A stretch of 64,000 nucleotides of DNA from Eledone cirrhosa (lineage: Eukaryota): the NCBI GenBank assembly GCA_964016885.1, contig OZ024744.1:108500001-108564000 (forward strand). The letters run 5' to 3'. How positions within the stretch are numbered: the stretch's first letter is position 1; each line of letters begins with the position of its first letter. Of this stretch, positions 55,622 through 64,000 are shown piece after piece. Below the pieces are notes generated by a model that was given only the letters and a program-made list of their open reading frames with translations, ran no database searches and was not told the DNA's origin. Both the position numbers and the translations under genes were made by a program.

Positions 55622-57484
55622 ATATACTCCGTCACCGATTGACAAATCTTATTTTGAAAAAAAACATGACGTTGAGTGCTTGAATTGAGTTGCATCCTTA
55701 TTTACAGATTGGTGTGTTGTATACGCAACCCCGGTTAGTCAGCGTGTTTATCGTCAGAATATTGCTCACACCTATTGAGCGGTGTAAACAATATATATGA
55801 TGAAGTGAAGGCCTTGGCTTTCAACAATACCCGTGTAACCCCTCTACCGTTGGGACCAATTACACCTAATTGATATCCCTGCCAGTGGACGGACCTAACC
55901 TTAATGACAAACTTTCGACCGAAAGACTAAGAGGACCAAAAGCAACGTAAAACCTCTTATTTTCCACAATAACCTTTATTTTGCACGGAAACCTGGAACA
56001 AGACTCTCTTACAAAACCTCTCTCTCACCTCATCCACCGATAGACAGCCAGAAATTTTACATGCACATTACCAGGCCAGCTTGACCACAATATTCACTTC
56101 ACTGTAATATAACTGAACTCATCCGTCACTTCTATCTTTATTTCGGCACCTTTCACATATTTTTTCATTTCTCTCATTTTGCATCTCTATGTATTTTTAT
56201 TTTTACTTATTTTTATTTGATTGACTAAGATATTAACTAATTAATTGATTAATTATTACGTTTTATACTTTAAATTTATCTTCTATATTTCGTTATGGTG
56301 TTCAGTATTTTCCCATCTGTGTTCATTTGTAACCCAATTAATAGGTTTTTCTACCTATCTGCTGTACACTATATAGATAGTATACTTCATATAATATGAA
56401 ACACGGAATTGTTAATCACTAGTTCCCAATATCCAATATTGAACCCCACTTTCTAATTTCTACTTCTTCCCATTTATTTTAAATTATTTTTAAATGGTGA
56501 TTCTAAAGTTTTAATTTTTTAATTTTAATTTTAATTTCCAATGTGAGTCTCTAATTTCTAGAGCCTAGCAAATTTGCAGCACACATTAGTTAGTCCCCTT
56601 GCATTGCTGTGGACAAAAAAAATTCCGATTCCATTAATGGTTTCTAGCAAATTTACGAATTACCATTGGGCATTAGATGCCATTTTCATTTTCAATATAA
56701 ACGCTACTTAAACATCGTAAGTAGCATATAATATTTTGTTAAAAATTTGGTTTATTTAACAGAGGACTTACTTTTAAGCAGGACCATCTTCGGAACATTA
56801 AGGAAATGAGGACCTTAAAAATTTTGTTACCACCCTGTTGACACTTCATGTTCTATCACGCGCAAATCCGGGCCCTGTGTACGTTACCGTGTTATTGACA
56901 CCGTAAAACTCACGTCTGTGCTACTTCTACTAAGACGCCTTTTGTTGCACCTACACCGCAGAATGAACGCCCTGCGCAAGTTCTGCTAATTCCGCGGTGA
57001 CACCTTTGTTGCTGTGTAAACGCAGTGCAACCAGTGCCTTTGTGTTAATTGCACCTTCTGCTGCAGCTGCGTTGCCACACTGATTTCGTCATCTCAATAA
57101 CCCTACTTAAACATACATCCCTACTTGGTTTTCACACAATTGACTACGTTGTTCCTTCAGATGATGTCTGTCCGGATGACTGGCTGCGAATCTATAATAC
57201 TCGAAAAGTACCTAACCGATTCCCTCCAAATGGAAGAAAAATCATACTCTAAGATTTAGTACGCTTAAAGAGTATCCAGCTGATTTTCTTCAGATTTTGC
57301 ACATGCATGCAGGTGTTTCACGATTCGGGCCTGCTGGTGTTCTACGTTTCCAGTAGATGAACAATCATTCCCTGAGAATAAGGGAATTCAAAAAAATACA
57401 CAGCTACATTCCTCAATCTTTGCATATGTGTGTTGCTATTTCACGTTCGTTCCTACCCCGTGCAACGCCGGGTCCTGCTGCTGG

Positions 57485-57544
<60 letters not shown>

Positions 57545-57644
57545 AACGAGTAGGACCCCGACGGCTGAGCTCAAGCCGTTTCGACGGCTAATTCTGGACT
57601 TTGGTGCGTTATGGTCCACCTGGTTCTTTACCACATTTCCTTCG

Positions 57645-57707
<63 letters not shown>

Positions 57708-57714
<7 letters not shown>

Positions 57715-57817
57715 ACTAGAAATTGATTAACATATAAATAAACATGAATAATCACAAGAGATTATCTCCTGTGATTATTCATGTTTATTTATATGTTAAT
57801 CAATTTCTAGTTATTAT
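57708..57817. repeat. Near-perfect palindrome (~52-bp arms) attached to (TA)n
   Basis: TATAATAACTAGAAATTGATTAAC...GTTAATCAATTTCTAGTTATTATA. Confidence 0.85.
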
Positions 57818-57941
57818 AAAATGCTCGGACCTACTCGTTAGAATCTTAGAGCTTATTTTGCGGGTGATATGGCGCCTGTCTTTCTGGCATGACACCCATA
57901 ATTTTGATTTAGATTAAATTCATTTGATTAATCTTAATTTT

Positions 57942-58023
<82 letters not shown>

Positions 58024-58026
<3 letters not shown>

Positions 58027-60636
58027 AATGTAAGTATGCATGTATACGTACATACATATATGTATACAGACGTACAGTAGCATGCACATATATATATATA
58101 TATATACATATATATATACATATGCATACAGGTACACATACATATATGCACGTATCAGTTTAGCGGCGCTAACGTCGCTTTGTTCGTTTGTAAACAAACT
58201 GAACAGCCTGAATTTATGCCATACGGTGTTAAGGCAACCACGTCACCATACTAAGAGTGAGAAATGAAATTTCGTTTTCATTTTGTTTCAATTTATCGTT
58301 TTCGGTATGCCTGACCGATTTAACTCACTCAATATGCAAATTAGGCTGCTCAGCCGTTAATTTTCATAAGGAAAGTATATACTTTCGAACGTTCAACTAT
58401 CTGGCAGATGGGTAAACGGTGCTGATGATAGCTAACAAGCTTGAAACTAGTACATCGTTCCTGTGTCAGTGTTGAACAAAAAGGTGACGTGGTTGCCTTA
58501 ACACCGTATGGCATAAATTCAGGCTGTTCAGTTTGTTTACAAACGAACAAAGCGACGTTAGCGCCGCTAAACTGATACGTGCATATATGTATGTGTACCT
58601 GTATGCATATGTATATATATATGTATATATATATATATATATGTGCATGCTACTGTACGTCTGTATACATATATGTATGTACGTATACATGCATACTTAC
58701 ATTTAAGTAAGTGCCATACTAAGAGTGAGAAATGAAATTTCGTTTTCATTTTGTTTCAATTTATCGTTTTCGGTATGCCTGACCGATTTAACTCACTCAA
58801 TATGCAAATTAGGCTGCTCAGCCGTTAATTTTCATAAGGAAAGTATATACTTTCGAACGTTCAACTATCTGGCAGATGGGTAAACGGTGCTGATGATAGC
58901 TAACAAGCTTGAAACTAGTACATCGTTCCTGTGTCAGTGTTGAACAAAAAGGTGACGTGGTTGCCTTAACACCGTATGGCATAAATTCAGGCTGTTCAGT
59001 TTGTTTACAAACGAACAAAGCGACGTTAGCGCCGCTAAACTGATACGTGCATATATGTATGTGTACCTGTATGCATATGTATATATATATGTATATATAT
59101 ATATATATATGTGCATGCTACTGTACGTCTGTATACATATATGTATGTACGTATACATGCATACTTACATTTAAGTAAGTGCCATACTAAGAGTGAGAAA
59201 TGAAATTTCGTTTTCATTTTGTTTCAATTTATCGTTTTCGGTATGCCTGACCGATTTAACTCACTCAATATGCAAATTAGGCTGCTCAGCCGTTAATTTT
59301 CATAAGGAAAGTATATACTTTCGAACGTTCAACTATCTGGCAGATGGGTAAACGGTGCTGATGATAGCTAACAAGCTTGAAACTAGTACATCGTTCCTGT
59401 GTCAGTGTTGAACAAAAAGGTGACGTGGTTGCCTTAACACCGTATGGCATAAATTCAGGCTGTTCAGTTTGTTTACAAACGAACAAAGCGACGTTAGCGC
59501 CGCTAAACTGATACGTGCATATATGTATGTGTACCTGTATGCATATGTATATATATATGTATATATATATATATATATGTGCATGCTACTGTACGTCTGT
59601 ATACATATATGTATGTACGTATACATGCATACTTACATTTAAGTAAGTGCCATACTAAGAGTGAGAAATGAAATTTCGTTTTCATTTTGTTTCAATTTAT
59701 CGTTTTCGGTATGCCTGACCGATTTAACTCACTCAATATGCAAATTAGGCTGCTCAGCCGTTAATTTTCATAAGGAAAGTATATACTTTCGAACGTTCAA
59801 CTATCTGGCAGATGGGTAAACGGTGCTGATGATAGCTAACAAGTTTGAAACTAGTACATCGTTCCTGTGTCAGTGTTGAACAAAAAGGTGACGTGGTTGC
59901 CTTAACACCGTATGGCATAAATTCAGGCTGTTCAGTTTGTTTACAAACGAACAAAGCGACGTTAGCGCCGCTAAACTGATACGTGCATATATGTATGTGT
60001 ACCTGTATGCATATGTATATATATATGTATATATATATATATATATGTGCATGCTACTGTACGTCTGTATACATATATGTATGTACGTATACATGCATAC
60101 TTACATTTAAGTAAGTGCCATACTAAGAGTGAGAAATGAAATTTCGTTTTCATTTTGTTTCAATTTATCGTTTTCGGTATGCCTGACCGATTTAACTCAC
60201 TCAATATGCAAATTAGGCTGCTCAGCCGTTAATTTTCATAAGGAAAGTATATACTTTCGAACGTTCAACTATCTGGCAGATGGGTAAACGGTGCTGATGA
60301 TAGCTAACAAGCTTGAAACTAGTACATCGTTCCTGTGTCAGTGTTGAACAAAAAGGTGACGTGGTTGCCTTAACACCGTATGGCATAAATTCAGGCTGTT
60401 CAGTTTGTTTACAAACGAACAAAGCGACGTTAGCGCCGCTAAACTGATACGTGCATATATGTATGTGTACCTGTATGCATATGTATATATATATGTATAT
60501 ATATATATATATATGTGCATGCTACTGTACGTCTGTATACATATATGTATGTACGTATACATGCATACTTACATTTAAGTAAGTGCCATACTAAGAGTGA
60601 GAAATGAAATTTCGTTTTCATTTTGTTTCAATTTAT
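58024..60636 (+). mobile_element. Retrozyme-like array: ~224-bp inverted segment + five 468-bp head-to-tail units + partial unit, one hammerhead per unit, in (TA)n
   Basis: Units start at 58246, 58714, 59182, 59650 and 60118 (partial at 60586). 58024-58247 is the reverse complement of about 58483-58706. Confidence 0.9.
58415..58459 (+). ncRNA. Type-I hammerhead ribozyme (repeated at +468, +936, +1404, +1872)
   Basis: AACGGTG-CTGATGA-TAGCTAACAAGCTT-GAAA-CTAG-TA-CATCGTT: 7-bp stem I, AGCT/AGCT stem II, palindromic ACTAGT stem III, GUA cleavage triplet. Confidence 0.88.
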
Positions 60637-60643
60637 ATATATT

Positions 60644-60674
<31 letters not shown>

Positions 60675-61151
60675 ATCTTTCAACATCATCGTCTGCAACG
60701 TTTGAAGTTTCAAAGCACTGAGAATTTATGAATTTCATAGAAAATGTAGGAAAACTCAGACGCTGACAAATAACTGTAAATACACTTGGTTTACTATAAA
60801 TAACTTGGAAAATCGTGTAAAGACCTCGTATAGACGGAAAAACGTGGCCAGCGGTCGTTGTGAAGAATCGAATTCCATATCTTTCAGATACTAGACGACT
60901 GTTCTAACCATTGAGCTAAGCAGCACCTGACAACAATTAAAATAGTAGCTAAACCCATCGGCTTTGAAAATGAAGACAACATCGTCTGCAAAGTTTGAAG
61001 TTTCACAGCGCTGAGAGTTTGAGTTTCGTAGGAATGTGGGAAAACGTATATGCAGAAAAATAAGTGTAAATACACTTTAAACATTCACATCGAGAGGAGT
61101 GATCATAGCAGCGCTATACTGGGGGTATAATTACAGATTCCTGCCCATGCA

Positions 61152-61665
61152 AATATATACACCTGTGTCTCACATATATACACCTGTGTCCAACATATAT
61201 ATACACCTGTGTCTCACATATATACACCTGTGTCTCACATATATACACATGTGTCTCACATATATACACCTACGTCTCACATGTATACACCTGTGTCTCA
61301 CATATATACACCTGCGTCTCACATATATACACCTGTGTCTCACATATATACACCTATGTCTCACATATATACACCTGTGTCTCACATATATACACCTGTG
61401 TCACATATATACACCTGTGTCTCACATATATACACCTGTGTCTCACATATATACACCTATGTCTCACATATATACACCTGTGTCTCACATTTATACACCT
61501 GTGTCGCACATTTATACACCTGTGTCTCACATATATATACACCTGTGTATCACATATATACACCAGTGTCTCACATATATACACCTGTGTCTCACATATA
61601 TACACCTGTGTCTCACATATATACACCAGTGTCTCACATTTATACACCTGTGTCTCACATATACA
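61152..61665. repeat. 21-bp minisatellite (CACATATATACACCTGTGTCT)
   Basis: Tandem units, giving the YVRHRCI-periodic spurious ORFs. Confidence 0.93.
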
Positions 61666-64000
61666 CCCACATCTCACACAACACACACAACACACCCACA
61701 TCTCACACAACACACACATACACACCCATATCTCAAACAACACACACATACACACAACACACACAACACACACACATCTCACACAACACACACAACAAAT
61801 CCACATCTCACACAACACACACAACACACCCACATTTCACACAACACACACAACACACCCACATTTCACACAACACACACAACACACCCACATCTCACAC
61901 AACACACACATACACACCCATATCTCACACAACACACACATACACACCCACATCTCACACAACACACACAACACACACACATCTCACACAACACACACAA
62001 CAAACCCACATCTCACACAACACACACAACACACCCATATCTCACACAACACACACAACACACACAACACACCCACATTTCACACAACACACAACACACC
62101 CATATCTCACACAACACACACAACACACCCACATTTCACACAACACACACAACACACCCATATCTCACACAACACCCACAACACACACACATTTCACACA
62201 ACACACACCCACATCTCACACAACACACACAACACACCCACATCTCACACAACACACACAACACACCCACATTTCACACAACACACACAACACACCCAAA
62301 TCTCATACAACACACACAACCCACCCACATTTCACACAACACACACAACCCACCCACATCTCACACAACACACACAACACACCCACATCTCACACAACAC
62401 ACACAACCCACCCACATCTCTCACAACACACACAACACACACAACACACACATACACACCCACATCTCACACAACACACACAACACACCCACATCTCACA
62501 CAACACACCCACATCTCACACAGCACACACATACACACCCACAGCTCACACAACACCCACATACATACCCACATCTCACACAACACACACATACACACCA
62601 ACATCTTACACAACACACACATACACCCCCACATCTCACAACACACACATACACACCCACATCTCACACAACACGCACACCCACATCTCACACAACACCC
62701 ACAACACACCCACATCTCACACAACACACACAACACACACACACACACACATCTCACACAACACACACACACATCACACACAACACACACATACACACAT
62801 CTCACACAACACACACATACACACCCACATCACACACATACACACCCACATCTCTCACAACACCCACATACACACCAACATCTCACAACACACACATACA
62901 CACCCACATCTCACACAACACACACAACACACACATACACACATCTCACACAACACACAAATACACACCCACATCTCACACAACACACATACACACCCAC
63001 ACCTCACACAACACACACAACACACACATATACACCCACATCTCACACAACACACACAACACACCCACATCTCACACAACACACACATACACAACCACAT
63101 CTCACAACACACACATACACACCCACATCTCACACAAGACGCACAGACACACCCATATCTCATACAACACACACAACCCACCCACATTTCACACAACACA
63201 CACAACCCACCCACATTTCACACAACACACACAACCCACCCACATCTCACACAACACACACAACACATCCACATCTCACAACACACACATATACACCCAC
63301 ATCTCACACCACACCCACATACACACCCACATCTCACACAACACACACATACACACCAACATCTTACACAACACACACATACACCCCCACATCTCACAAC
63401 ACACACATACACACCCACATCTCACACAACACACACACCCACATCTCACACAACACCCACAACACACCCACATCTCACACAACACACAAAACACACACAC
63501 ACATCTCACACAACACACACACATCACACATCTCACACAACACACACATACACACCCACATCACACACATACACACCCACATCTCACACAACACACACAA
63601 GACACACAACACACCCACATCTCACACAACACACACATACACACCCATATCTCACACAAAACACACACCCACATCTCACACAACACACACAACACACACA
63701 CATCTCACACAACACACACAACACACCCACATCTCACACAACACACACAACACACCCATATCTCACACAACACACACAACACACCCACATTTCACACAAC
63801 ACACACAACACACCCATATCTCACACAACACACACAACACACCCACATTTCACACAACACACACAACACACCCATATCTCACACAACACCCACAACACAC
63901 ACACATTTCACACAACACACACCCACATCTTACACAACACACACAACACACCCACATCTCACACAACACACACAACACACCCACATTTCACACAACACAC
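61666..64000. repeat. Degenerate CA-rich minisatellite (CACCCACATCTCACACAACACACACAA-like), runs off the window
   Basis: Variable-length units built around ATCTCACAC. Almost no G on +. Confidence 0.9.

Noticed and set aside
58350-60621. Repeated 60-74 aa ORFs as a tandem gene family
   Set aside because: They are by-products of the 468-bp unit, cross TA-rich low-complexity DNA and show no protein motif.

Overview
This is eukaryotic, repeat-only DNA with no host gene that I can support. The tRNA-derived SINEs and the dense (TA)n/(CA)n/(GA)n microsatellites suggest an octopod cephalopod, which is an inference. Bases 1-23040 are a contiguous array of young non-LTR retrotransposons: four Tx1/L1-clade elements on + (APE-RT, two ORF1 subfamilies sharing one ORF2) alternate with two R4/Dong-like RT-RLE elements on -, and every junction is a (TTA)n tract. 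In all three Tx1 copies that include it, the ORF1-ORF2 spacer looks like a 52-53 nt GT-AG intron whose removal fuses the two ORFs in frame. Bases 23-64 kb hold a near-complete Penelope-like element (Naiad-like RT + GIY-YIG) with hammerhead-bearing pseudo-LTRs. They also hold a set of unrelated small non-coding elements that carry type-I hammerhead ribozyme motifs, are arranged as inverted repeats or inverted-plus-tandem arrays, and sit in (TA)n. The clearest is a 5 x 468-bp retrozyme-like array at 58.0-60.6 kb. Also present: non-autonomous Helitron-like elements, RTE and CRE fragments, SINEs, a 29-bp satellite (about 4.3 kb) and 21-bp/CA-rich minisatellites. Coordinates and similarities were read by eye; no alignments, folds or searches were run.
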